This document shows positions 1-8,953 of a stretch of 38,264 nt of DNA, in pieces (the stretch's first letter is position 1; each line of letters starts with the position of its first letter). Position numbers and translations under genes: made by a program. Source of the DNA: Rickettsiales bacterium. Its GTDB lineage: Bacteria; Pseudomonadota; Alphaproteobacteria; Rickettsiales; UBA1997. The notes under the pieces are model-generated. The model did not search any database, was not told where the DNA came from, and worked only from the letters and a program-made list of their open reading frames with translations. Where the stretch lies: positions 1 to 38,264 of the forward strand of contig CANKYC010000001.1 of NCBI GenBank assembly GCA_947487845.1, given 5' to 3'.

Positions 1-134
1 TATCTCTTGATAGCGCTAACGAAGTATTTTTGAGGAAAAATTGCGACTGGAAATGTAAGCTGTATCAAGTGATACAGCGTCATTTTCTGAGCAAATTTTT
101 ACCAAAAAGACAAAGTTATGGCTATCAAGAGATA
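1..134. repeat. Palindromic element upstream of cydB. The terminal inverted repeat is tatctcttgatagc / gctatcaagagata, with an internal hairpin gctgtatc-aagt-gatacagc near 59-78.
   Basis: Read directly: bases 1-14 are the reverse complement of 121-134. The element touches the window edge, so its true extent is unknown. Confidence 0.5.
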
Positions 135-205
135 GTTAATTTGGTATATTAGAGTCTAAAAATGAGTTCAGGATCTATCTGATCTTTAAAATAAATAAAA
201 AAACT

Positions 206-1228
206 ATGTTCGATCTTTCATCATTTCTCAATCTCCCGCTAATTTTCGGATGCGTAATCGCATTTTCCATTTTCATGTATGTACTTCTCGATGGCTTTGA
301 TCTCGGCATCGGCATTATTTTCCCTTTTGCTCCAAGTGATGAATGTCGTAGTAAAATGATGAATTCCGTCGCACCTTTTTGGGATGGCAACGAAACTTGG
401 CTGATTATGGGCGGCTCTGGTTTGTTAGCTGCTTTTCCCGCCGCTTATTCGGTGTTAATGCCAGCATATTATATTCCAATTATTCTCATGCTTTTGGGAT
501 TAATTTTTCGCGGCGTTGCTTTTGAATTTCGTGCCAAAACAAAATCACAACGCGAACAACGCATTTGGGATTATTCATTTCACTTCGGTTCGCTAATTGC
601 CACTTTTTTTCAAGGCACAATTTTAGGCGCTTTTATTCAGGGCGTTAAAGTTGAGAATTTAACTTTTTCTGGATCACCTTTTGACTGGTTAAGTGTATTT
701 TCCATTACAACTGGAATTGCTCTAATCTTTGGCTACGCCTTGATTGGCAGCACTTGGTTGGTGATGAAAACTCACGATAAAACCCAAATCTGGGCGCGTT
801 ATGTTGCAACTTATGTCGCCAGTTTTGTGGCATTTTTTATCGCCCTGGTAAGCGGCTGGACGGCGTTTTTAAAAGTCGAAATTTTTGAACGCTGGTTTAG
901 TAAGCCGACAATTTTTTATCTTTTGCCAATTCCGTTAATTACGATTTTGGGATTTATTTTTTTGATTAAAAGTTTGCATGAAAAGAAAGAATCGCAGCCA
1001 TTTTTGATGGTAATTTTTCTGTTTGTTTTATGTTACGCCGGCCTCGCGATCAGCCTTTTTCCTTACGCCGTGCCTTATACGCTAACTTTTAAAGACGCCG
1101 CCGCCGCTTCAACTTCGATGTCACTTTTATTTGTCGGAGTAGCAATTGTTATGCCGGTGATTTTAACTTATACTGCTTTTTCTTACCACGTGTTTCGCGG
1201 CAAATCTTCGCACGAGAATTTATATTAA
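206..1228 (+). CDS. cydB: Cytochrome bd ubiquinol oxidase subunit II
   Basis: 340-aa polytopic membrane ORF. It carries the CydB-typical stretches LLDGFDLGIGIIFPF and MMNSVAPFWDGNETWLIMGG...GLIFRGVAFEFR. Confidence 0.9.
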   Translation: MFDLSSFLNLPLIFGCVIAFSIFMYVLLDGFDLGIGIIFPFAPSDECRSKMMNSVAPFWDGNETWLIMGGSGLLAAFPAAYSVLMPAYYIPIILMLLGLIFRGVAFEFRAKTKSQREQRIWDYSFHFGSLIATFFQGTILGAFIQGVKVENLTFSGSPFDWLSVFSITTGIALIFGYALIGSTWLVMKTHDKTQIWARYVATYVASFVAFFIALVSGWTAFLKVEIFERWFSKPTIFYLLPIPLITILGFIFLIKSLHEKKESQPFLMVIFLFVLCYAGLAISLFPYAVPYTLTFKDAAAASTSMSLLFVGVAIVMPVILTYTAFSYHVFRGKSSHENLY

Positions 1229-1231
1229 AAA

Positions 1232-1843
1232 CTAATGCGAAAAAATATCAGCCGAACCAAATCCTTGAACATCAAGCTTGGCGCGGGTTGGTAAAAATTT
1301 TACGCAAGCTTCAAAAATTTCTACGCGATTTTCTCTTTTTAACATTTCGTCCAATTTCGCTTTCAATTTATGCAAATGCAAAACATCGGAAGCGGCATAT
1401 TCTAATTGTTTATCAGTAATTTCGGCATTTCCCCAATCGGAAGTTTGTTGTTTTTTGGAAAGTTCAATTCCCAAAAGTTCGTCGCAAAGCGATTTTAATC
1501 CATGAGCGTCGGTGTATGTACGCACCAATTTTGAAGCAATTTTTGTGCAGTAAATATTTTTGATTTCAATTTTTAAATAATGCTGCAAAGCCGCTAAATC
1601 AAAGCGCGCGAAGTGGAAAATTTTTTGAATTTTTTCATCAGCTAAAATTTTACACAAATTCGGTGCATCATATTTTCCTTGTTCAAATTGCACCAAATGC
1701 GCATCGCCATTGCCATCAGAAATTTGTACCACGCAAAGACGATCACGAATTATGTTCAAGCCCATGGTTTCGGAATCAATGGCGATTGAACCACTAAAAT
1801 TAATATCGGAAGGAAGATCGTTTTTATGTAAGAAGTTGGTCAT
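1232..1843 (-). CDS. rnd: Short RNase D-like 3'-5' exonuclease (DEDD family)
   Basis: 203-aa ORF with IAIDSETMGL (Exo I), FHFARFDL and YAASDVLHLH (Exo III) motifs, typical of the short alphaproteobacterial RNase D. Its stop lies 3 nt from the convergent cydB stop. Confidence 0.8.
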   Translation of the reverse strand: MTNFLHKNDLPSDINFSGSIAIDSETMGLNIIRDRLCVVQISDGNGDAHLVQFEQGKYDAPNLCKILADEKIQKIFHFARFDLAALQHYLKIEIKNIYCTKIASKLVRTYTDAHGLKSLCDELLGIELSKKQQTSDWGNAEITDKQLEYAASDVLHLHKLKAKLDEMLKRENRVEIFEACVKFLPTRAKLDVQGFGSADIFSH

Positions 1844-1976
1844 ATTTTATTCGGATTATTTCGCGTTTTTTGGGTTGATTGAAATTTATCTACTGGAGTT
1901 AAATCTTCAATTTTAGTAGGGAGTTATCTGAATCTTTTCCAGCATGACTACGTAGTTTTTGCTAGTTTCTATCTGA

Positions 1977-2111
1977 GGTGATTATCCCTTAAGACACAAT
2001 AGATGTCACCCTGAGCTTGTCGAAGGGTGATTTAAGGCTTCGATCTTAGAATCACCCTTCGATAAACTCAGGGTGACATCGAGTTTTTTTGTGAATCAAG
2101 GTATAATTACC
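1977..2111. mobile_element. Family-A MITE-like palindromic element, copy A1. Ends are ggtgattatccc...ggtataattacc and the core hairpin is gatgtcaccctgagcttgtcgaagggtgat / atcacccttcgataaactcagggtgacatc.
   Basis: The inverted-repeat core was read directly. A perfect 8-bp direct repeat ctatctga flanks the element at 1969-1976 and 2112-2119. Confidence 0.8.
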
Positions 2112-2133
2112 CTATCTGAAAAGTTAAGGTCGT

Positions 2134-2637
2134 TTATAAAATCTTTTCCGCATCTTGAGAAACGCCAAATAACTTTTTAATTGTAATTTTTACTGGCGAA
2201 GTATTTGGAGTTCGGGCTTGGTTTTCTGTATTTACAATGTCACACAAAATATCCAGCGAAATACCGCCATCTAAACACATGCAGATTGTAAAAGTTTTTT
2301 TATCCAACTCTTCAATCATTTTACGATTGATAATTCTTAATCCACCAGATTTAGAAAATTTACGCGAGAATATGAAAAGGCGATTCAGAATTTGAATATA
2401 TTTATTAATGCGCGGATTTTTATGAAATGGAATTGTGCCATTCATAATCTCTTCATCTGTAGCATTGATCAAATAATCAAAAATCAATTCCGCCATTTCT
2501 GCGGTTTCTTCTTCAATCTTTTGGAAAACCTCGCTGACTAATTGCAAATTGGCGATGATTTCTGCCGAGGCATTATTTGGAATTGATGATGGAACATCAA
2601 GATTCTGGTTCGCTAAATCATTTTTTTTAGTAGCCAT
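2134..2637 (-). CDS. Hypothetical protein (~167 aa from MATKKNDL...)
   Basis: Open frame that begins 4 nt downstream of the stop of the preceding kinase gene on the same strand. I recognise no motif. The start is chosen at the internal ATG (2635-2637) to avoid overlap. Confidence 0.5.
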   Translation of the reverse strand: MATKKNDLANQNLDVPSSIPNNASAEIIANLQLVSEVFQKIEEETAEMAELIFDYLINATDEEIMNGTIPFHKNPRINKYIQILNRLFIFSRKFSKSGGLRIINRKMIEELDKKTFTICMCLDGGISLDILCDIVNTENQARTPNTSPVKITIKKLFGVSQDAEKIL

Positions 2638-2641
2638 ATTT

Positions 2642-3640
2642 TTAAATAAATTTTTTAAGCAATTGAGACATTTCAGCAAAAATCGGATTTCCTGATTCTA
2701 GTCTGGACTTTACAAAACCAAGAACCCGCGGCAATAATTTTAAATAATCATTTTTACCATCGCGCATCGAAAGTCGTGAAAAAATTCCGACTATTTTTAT
2801 GTTTCGCTGCAAAGATAAAATTTCATAATCGCGCGTAAATTCTGCTTTATCGCAACTAGATTTTTTTAAATAATAATCAAAAAGTTTTAAGCGATTTGCA
2901 GAATTAACATCACGCCTCGCATCTTCAAGAAGCGAAACCAAATCATAGGCCTTTGATCCGATAACTGCATCTTGAAAATCGAGCAAACCAACTTGTTTAT
3001 GACCTTCGCGACTTGGCAAAATCATTAAATTATCAGCGTGATAATCACGCAAAACTAAAACTGAAGTTGAGTTTTTTTCTAAATGATTGCGCGCACCATT
3101 AAATTGACTTAATTGGTCAAAAAGTTGAAACCATAAGAATTTAAACTGGGCTTTTTCTTGTAAAGTTATTTCCTGTTTTTGTGAAGGTATGTACCAATCA
3201 ATAAACAACATCGCTTCGCGGAAAAGCAAAGCGTGATTGTAAAGCGGCAAGTTTTTGGGCGCTTCCAATTTGTGCAATTCAAGCAAGCAATCACAAGCTT
3301 TTTCATAAAGCTCCAGCTCTTGCGAGTCATCAGTTGCAAGCACGCGACCGTAGGTGTTATCATTTAAATCTTCCAGAAGCAGAAAACCTAATTCTTCATC
3401 GCGGGCAAAAATTTGGGGAGCAGAAAAATTATTTAAAACCAAAAATTCATCAATCTTCGCAAATGGTCGCACATCTTCATAACCGGGAGGCGCAAACATT
3501 AAAATGTTAGTTTCTTCGCCAAAAAAAATTCGGTAATATGAGCGAAAAGAAGCATCTCCGGCGATTTTTTTTATCTCGCAATCTTTGATATTATTTTTAG
3601 CAAGAAACTCGCGCGCTTGCTTTTCATCTAGGTTAATCAT
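2642..3640 (-). CDS. Aminoglycoside-phosphotransferase-fold kinase, AmgK-like (anomeric MurNAc/GlcNAc kinase family)
   Basis: 332 aa. N-terminal GDASFRSYYRI and catalytic LRDYHADNLM motifs are typical of the APH/choline-kinase fold. The overall pattern resembles alphaproteobacterial AmgK. No murU-like partner is adjacent. Confidence 0.6.
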   Translation of the reverse strand: MINLDEKQAREFLAKNNIKDCEIKKIAGDASFRSYYRIFFGEETNILMFAPPGYEDVRPFAKIDEFLVLNNFSAPQIFARDEELGFLLLEDLNDNTYGRVLATDDSQELELYEKACDCLLELHKLEAPKNLPLYNHALLFREAMLFIDWYIPSQKQEITLQEKAQFKFLWFQLFDQLSQFNGARNHLEKNSTSVLVLRDYHADNLMILPSREGHKQVGLLDFQDAVIGSKAYDLVSLLEDARRDVNSANRLKLFDYYLKKSSCDKAEFTRDYEILSLQRNIKIVGIFSRLSMRDGKNDYLKLLPRVLGFVKSRLESGNPIFAEMSQLLKKFI

Positions 3641-3644
3641 GTTT

Positions 3645-4322
3645 TTAGAAATCTAATTTAGAATACCATTCAGGTGGGTTTATGTTGGGAATTCGGTCTT
3701 TTAAAATTTCGCCGAAAATTTTGTGCGATTTAATCAAGCTATACCAATCTTTCGCCGGCAAATAATGATGCCAATTAATATCGCCAAAATAATCCAAAAC
3801 TGAAATTTGCGCCGCAGCAGAAAAATCAGCAACCGAAATATGATCTCCGCCTAGGTATTTTCTGGTTTCAAGCAAATATTCAATATAGCTTAAATGAATA
3901 TTTAAATTGCGTCTCGTGACTCTTAAAACTTCTGAATCAGGAGCATTAACTCCGGGTAAATAGCGGTTAAAATGGCGTTCGTTTAAAACATGTTTGCTAA
4001 CTTCATTGTAAAATTTTTCATCAAACCAATTTTGTAAACGACGCACTTCCGCCTTTTTTACAACTGAATCGCCGATGAAATTTTTGGTTTCTTGATGTTT
4101 TTCTTCAATATATTCAACGATTGTTGAACTGTTTGAAATTACTACCGAATTTGCATTATCAAACAATACCGGCAAGGTTCCGGCTGGATTCATGGCGATA
4201 AATTCTTTGCGTCTTTCCCAGAAATTTTCAGGAACCAACTCAAAGCCAATTTCCTTCGCGGCCATGTGAACTCGTACTTTGCGCGAAAATGGACAAAGTG
4301 AATGATGGTAAAGGCGATACAT
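3645..4322 (-). CDS. Glutathione S-transferase family protein (thioredoxin-like N-domain with CPFS)
   Basis: 225 aa. It has LYHHSLCPFSRKVR...NPAGTLPVL, matching a GST N-terminal domain, followed by a helical C-domain. Confidence 0.7.
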   Translation of the reverse strand: MYRLYHHSLCPFSRKVRVHMAAKEIGFELVPENFWERRKEFIAMNPAGTLPVLFDNANSVVISNSSTIVEYIEEKHQETKNFIGDSVVKKAEVRRLQNWFDEKFYNEVSKHVLNERHFNRYLPGVNAPDSEVLRVTRRNLNIHLSYIEYLLETRKYLGGDHISVADFSAAAQISVLDYFGDINWHHYLPAKDWYSLIKSHKIFGEILKDRIPNINPPEWYSKLDF

Positions 4323-4434
4323 AATTTTAGATTTAGGATTTCAGATTTTGTAACTAGAGTTTGTTATTAAATTTACAAAAAGCAAAACTTGAAGCTAAAT
4401 AAATAATTCCAACTTTAAATAATTTGTAATTCCC

Positions 4435-7251
4435 ATGTCCAAAAAAATCGCCTTAATTGACGGTTATGGCTTCGTATTTCGTGCCTTTCATTCTTTGCCG
4501 CCTTTAACCAGACCAGATGGAACGCCAGTTGGCGCGGTTTATGGTTTCACCAATATGCTAATTAAACTTTTAGCCGGACTTAATGTAACCCACGCCGCTG
4601 TTGTTTTTGATTCAGGTTCTAAAACTTTTAGAAATGATATTTATCCAGCTTACAAAGCCAATCGCCCGACCTGTCCCGAAGAATTAATTCCGCAATTTTC
4701 AATCGTTCGCGAAAGTGCAGAATCATTAAATTTGTCGATACTAGAAAAAATAGGATTTGAAGCTGATGACATCATCGCAACCATCGCCAAAAAAGCGGAA
4801 GCTGAAGGATACGAAGTTTTAATCGTTTCATCCGACAAAGACTTAATGCAGCTAGTTGGAGAAAATATCCACATGTATGATTCGATGAAAAATCGTATGA
4901 TTGGAATTGAGCAAGTTATAGAAAAATTTGAAGTCGGCCCCAAAAAAGTTTTAGATATGTTGTCATTAATTGGCGACGCTTCTGATAATATTCCCGGTGT
5001 TAAAGGCATTGGCCCAAAAACTGCTGCCGAATTAATTAAGCAGTTTGGAAGTTTAGAAAATATTTTTGAAAATCTGGATCAAGTCAAACAAGAGAAGCGT
5101 CGCCAACTTTTGATCGAAGGAGCTGAAAAAGCAAAACTATCAAAAATTTTAGCGGCTTTAAAAGAAGATGTAGAATTAGGAATTAATTTAGATGAATTAG
5201 AAATTCGCGCTCTTGATCCGCATAAATTAATTTCATTTTTGCAGGTTCAAGGCTTTCATTCATTGATTACGCGAGTTCGTAAAGAATTTGGGATTACGGA
5301 AAATGTCGAAGTTCGAGCGAGCGAAAAGATCCAAAATCAAGTTCAGAATGACAATTTTAGTAACAATGTTTCGGAACTTAAACCCACATTCCGTCATCCT
5401 GAACTCGTTTCAGGATCTAGCGTATTTTCATCATGTCAAAAAACTTTAATTTCATCTCCCGAAATCATCGAGCAACTCAATAAAGAAGCATCTTCAAATG
5501 GTTTGGTCACAATTGATCGCGATAAAAATTTTATCACAATTTCAACTTGTAAATCAGGCGAATCGCCAAAAGAAATTTTTTATTTCGAGATAAAAAAATC
5601 CGCAAAAACTCCAAATCAAAATCAATCTTTTGATTTATTCAGTTTTAATCACGAGCCAGAAAGCCTTGAAAACAAAGGTTTCGACATCGAAATTTTAGAA
5701 AAAATTCTGACTGATGATTCAATTAAAAAAATCTTTTTCGATGCCAAGAATTTTCTAAAATTCGCTAAAACAAATTCTTACGAAGATGTCGCGACACTTC
5801 ATCATCTCTTAACTTCTTCGGTAAAAAATGACTTGCGCGAGCTTATAGATCTTAATCTTAACGAAGATGTTGAACAATTAGGTTTTGGTAAAATTTTTGC
5901 TGAAATTGAAAAAGATCGCGAACCAGAAATTTTTTCTGACTTTGATAAAAAAACTGAATTTTTAGCTTTTAGAAATTTCGCAATTTACCAACTTTATAAA
6001 TTATTCGCGCCAAAAATTACGCCCGAAAAATTAACTGAAACCTATCTTTCTTTTGAACGTCCGTTGATCGAGGTTCTAGCTCAAATAGAAATTAACGGCA
6101 TTAAAATTGATGTAGCAAAATTACGCCAACTTTCACAGGAATTTGGCAAAAAAATTACTGAATTAAGCAGCGAAATTTACGCGCTCGCCGGACATGAATT
6201 TAACATCGCTTCGGCAAAACAACTTTCAGAAGTTTTATTTGAAAAAATGGGTTTGGCTTCTGGCAAAAAATCCAAAAAAACCGGTGCGCTTTCAACCGGT
6301 GTTGGCGTGCTTGAAGAGCTTGATGAAGCCGGACATTCGATTGCGCGAAAAATTCTTGATTTCCGTAAATTTTCTAAATTAAAAAATACTTATACCGATG
6401 CTTTGCCAGAAGAAATTAATCGACAAACTGGCAGAATTCACACTCATTTTTCTACAACTTCTACAATTACTGGGCGCTTGAGTTCGCGCTATCCAAACCT
6501 GCAAAATATTCCGATAAAAAGTTTAGAAGGTCAAAAAATCCGCGAAAGTTTTATTTCAGAAAAAAATCATTTTTTAATTTCCGCCGACTATTCACAAATT
6601 GAACTGCGCGTTATTGCTCACTTGGCCAAAATCGGAAATTTAATTACAGCCTTTAAAGAAGATAAAGATATTCACCGCATTACGGCAGCGCAGGTTTTCG
6701 GCGTTTCTGAAGATGCAGTTGATGATTCTTTGCGCTCCAAAGCCAAAGCAATTAATTTTGGAATTATTTATGGAATCAGTGCTTTTGGTTTAGCGCGTCA
6801 ATTAGATATTTCGCGTCAGGAGGCGGCGATTTACATAAAATCTTATTTAGAAACTTATCCGGGAATTGATATTTCGATGAAAAATTACATCGAATTGGCT
6901 CGGAAAAATGGCTATGTACAAACGCTTTCTGGACGCAAATGTTTTATTCGCGATATTAACAACAAAAACCCAATGATTCGCGCTGAAGCTGAAAGATTGG
7001 CGATTAACGCACCAATTCAAGGAAGTGCGGCAGATATTATCAAAAAGGCGATGATTCGTTTAAGTAAAAGATTTAAGGAAGAGAATTTAAAATCAAAAAT
7101 TATCTTACAAATTCATGACGAATTGATCGTGGAAGCGCCAGAAAATGAAGTGGAAATTGCGACGAAGATTTTGAAATATGAAATGGAAAATGCGGCGATT
7201 TTAAATGTGCCGTTAAAGGTTGATGTGACGGTTGGCGATTGTTGGAAGTAG
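4435..7251 (+). CDS. polA: DNA polymerase I
   Basis: 938 aa. It has a 5'-nuclease domain (LIDGYGFVFRAFH, SSDKDLMQL, GDASDNIPGVKGIGPKTA) and polymerase motifs (ISADYSQIELRVIAHL, RSKAKAINFGIIYG, QIHDELIVE). Confidence 0.95.
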   Translation: MSKKIALIDGYGFVFRAFHSLPPLTRPDGTPVGAVYGFTNMLIKLLAGLNVTHAAVVFDSGSKTFRNDIYPAYKANRPTCPEELIPQFSIVRESAESLNLSILEKIGFEADDIIATIAKKAEAEGYEVLIVSSDKDLMQLVGENIHMYDSMKNRMIGIEQVIEKFEVGPKKVLDMLSLIGDASDNIPGVKGIGPKTAAELIKQFGSLENIFENLDQVKQEKRRQLLIEGAEKAKLSKILAALKEDVELGINLDELEIRALDPHKLISFLQVQGFHSLITRVRKEFGITENVEVRASEKIQNQVQNDNFSNNVSELKPTFRHPELVSGSSVFSSCQKTLISSPEIIEQLNKEASSNGLVTIDRDKNFITISTCKSGESPKEIFYFEIKKSAKTPNQNQSFDLFSFNHEPESLENKGFDIEILEKILTDDSIKKIFFDAKNFLKFAKTNSYEDVATLHHLLTSSVKNDLRELIDLNLNEDVEQLGFGKIFAEIEKDREPEIFSDFDKKTEFLAFRNFAIYQLYKLFAPKITPEKLTETYLSFERPLIEVLAQIEINGIKIDVAKLRQLSQEFGKKITELSSEIYALAGHEFNIASAKQLSEVLFEKMGLASGKKSKKTGALSTGVGVLEELDEAGHSIARKILDFRKFSKLKNTYTDALPEEINRQTGRIHTHFSTTSTITGRLSSRYPNLQNIPIKSLEGQKIRESFISEKNHFLISADYSQIELRVIAHLAKIGNLITAFKEDKDIHRITAAQVFGVSEDAVDDSLRSKAKAINFGIIYGISAFGLARQLDISRQEAAIYIKSYLETYPGIDISMKNYIELARKNGYVQTLSGRKCFIRDINNKNPMIRAEAERLAINAPIQGSAADIIKKAMIRLSKRFKEENLKSKIILQIHDELIVEAPENEVEIATKILKYEMENAAILNVPLKVDVTVGDCWK
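5338..5417. repeat. Family-B palindromic element, copy B1, in-frame inside polA
   Basis: caagttcagaatgac (5338-5352) pairs with gtcatcctgaactcg (5393-5407), followed by gtttcaggatc. It encodes ...VQNDNF...FRHPELVSGSS... in the linker after the 5'-nuclease domain. Confidence 0.7.
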
Positions 7252-7263
7252 CAAATAAATTAA

Positions 7264-7500
7264 GACCGCAAAACCCCCCAACCCCCCTTAACAGGGGGGC
7301 TTTGAGATTGAGTTCGGTTTAAAGCCTTCCCGTCAAAAGTGGCTTTGTTGAGATTGAGTTCGGTTTAAAGCCTTCCCGTCAAAAGTGGCTTGTTGAGATT
7401 GAGTTCGGTTTAAGCCCCCCTGTCAAGGGGGGTTGGGGGGTTTTGCGGTCTATAATTGGGGGGTTTTGCGGTCTATAATTGAGGGATTTTGTGGTCTATA
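7264..7500. repeat. Composite element D1. GC-rich hairpin arms enclose ~2.5 copies of a ~43-46-bp tandem repeat, and 3 copies of ggggttttgcggtctataatt trail after it.
   Basis: The left arm gaccgcaaaaccccccaaccccccttaacaggggggc and the right arm gcccccctgtcaaggggggttggggggttttgcggtc are reverse complements. The inner unit is ttgagattgagttcggtttaaagccttcccgtcaaaagtggct. Confidence 0.8.
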
Positions 7501-7864
7501 AATTTTCTTCAAGATTCAAAAATCCAACAATCTTCTCACAAACATCTTCAAAATTTTCCATCACTTCCAAATTACTAAATCGAATTACCCTTATCCCCAA
7601 ATTTTGTAATTTCTTACTCCTAAATTCATCATATCTCAAAGCTTCTTCACTATAATGACTATCGCCATCAACCTCAATTACCAATAATTTTTTTGCACAG
7701 TAAAAATCTACAATAAATTCAGCGATCGGTTTTTGTTTAGTAAAACGAATTGGCAAGGTTCTTAAAAAATCAAACCAAAGCTTTTTTTCAGCAGGCGTGA
7801 GATTTTTTCTAAGGTCGCGTGATTTTGATTTTAGAGAATAATTGTAGATTTTAAAATTAGGCAT
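7496..7864 (-). CDS. DUF559 / Vsr-like endonuclease-domain protein
   Basis: 122 aa. LTPAEKKLWFDFLR...FTKQKPIAEFIVDFYC...LVIEVDGDSH...D..R...L...G..V.RF is the DUF559 signature as I recall it. Confidence 0.75.
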   Translation of the reverse strand: MPNFKIYNYSLKSKSRDLRKNLTPAEKKLWFDFLRTLPIRFTKQKPIAEFIVDFYCAKKLLVIEVDGDSHYSEEALRYDEFRSKKLQNLGIRVIRFSNLEVMENFEDVCEKIVGFLNLEENL

Positions 7865-7873
7865 AACGCGATA

Positions 7874-8953
7874 CTACTTCGCCCTTCCAACAATTTCTTC
7901 AAAATATTTCTCCAACGCTTTGTAAGAAAATTTATCATTCACCTTCGCAAAGGCGTTCGCAACTAATTTGTCCGCCAATTTCGGCTCATTTACCATTCTC
8001 AAAACTGCATCAGCAATTCTGTTTTCTATATTTTCTAAAGGCTGCAAATTCACCATCAAAGCATCAATTTCATTTCTCAAAAACTCTTTTGGACCATCAG
8101 ATTCTGTTGAAATTATTGGCTTGCAAAATTTCATCGCTTCTAAAACCACCAGACCAAAAGTTTCGCGCTCCGATGACATTATAAAAATATCAATCGCGTC
8201 GAAAAATTCTTTTTTGTTTTTTATCCAGCCCAAAAATTCTATCTTACTTTCGACATTTAATTCTTTGGCAAGATTGCGCAAATAATCCTCGCGCGCACCC
8301 GATCCAGCAAGTTTGAAAACAAATTTTTTATTTAAATTATTTGCCTTAACAAACTCTTCCAATTTTTTTATCGCTTTAATTGTGAAGCGAAAACCTTTTG
8401 AAATATCGAGACGACCCATTCCACCAAGCACAATTGTTTCTTTATTTTGCCAATCAATTTTCGATGCAAGTTTTGGTGCATCACTTAAATCAATCGCATT
8501 TTGAATGACGAAACTTTTGGCTTCACTTTGTCCAGCATTTATCGTGCGCAGAAAAATTTCCTTATTCACCGAAAGAATAATATCAGCGCCAATTGAACGC
8601 TTCACGTTCATGCTGTGATTTACAGCGATTAGGAAAATTTTATTTTTGATTTTGGCAATTGCGCTTCGCGCTAAAACTGTTGATCTTCCGGCATGAGCTA
8701 TAACCGCATCGGCATTAAATTCTTGCAGAATTTCGTGAATTTTTTTAACTGTAAAAATATCATAAAACCCTAATTTATTGGGAATTTTTTTTACCGTAAT
8801 TCCTAAATTTTCAACCGCAGCTGCGTAAGGCGCGTCATTTTTTATGATCGCTAAAATTTCATGACCAAGCTTTTTCAAAGCCACCGAATAATCAATAAAA
8901 GCTTGTTCCGCTCCGCCATTTTGGGAAGTTAAAATTATGTGAACAATTTTCAT
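7874..8953 (-). CDS. Glycosyltransferase family 4 (GT-B, RfaG-like)
   Basis: 359 aa. The N-terminal segment is SQNGGAEQ. The C-terminal sequence ERETFGLVVLEAMKFCKPIISTESDGPKEF matches the E-x7-E type GT4 motif. Confidence 0.8.
   Translation of the reverse strand: MKIVHIILTSQNGGAEQAFIDYSVALKKLGHEILAIIKNDAPYAAAVENLGITVKKIPNKLGFYDIFTVKKIHEILQEFNADAVIAHAGRSTVLARSAIAKIKNKIFLIAVNHSMNVKRSIGADIILSVNKEIFLRTINAGQSEAKSFVIQNAIDLSDAPKLASKIDWQNKETIVLGGMGRLDISKGFRFTIKAIKKLEEFVKANNLNKKFVFKLAGSGAREDYLRNLAKELNVESKIEFLGWIKNKKEFFDAIDIFIMSSERETFGLVVLEAMKFCKPIISTESDGPKEFLRNEIDALMVNLQPLENIENRIADAVLRMVNEPKLADKLVANAFAKVNDKFSYKALEKYFEEIVGRAK

Noticed and set aside
7298-7415. Tandem ~43-bp repeats (also 22209-22310 and 31640-31800) as possible CRISPR arrays
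   Set aside because: The units abut each other with no unique spacers, D1 and D2 have only ~2.5 copies, and no cas genes are present. They sit inside hairpin elements.
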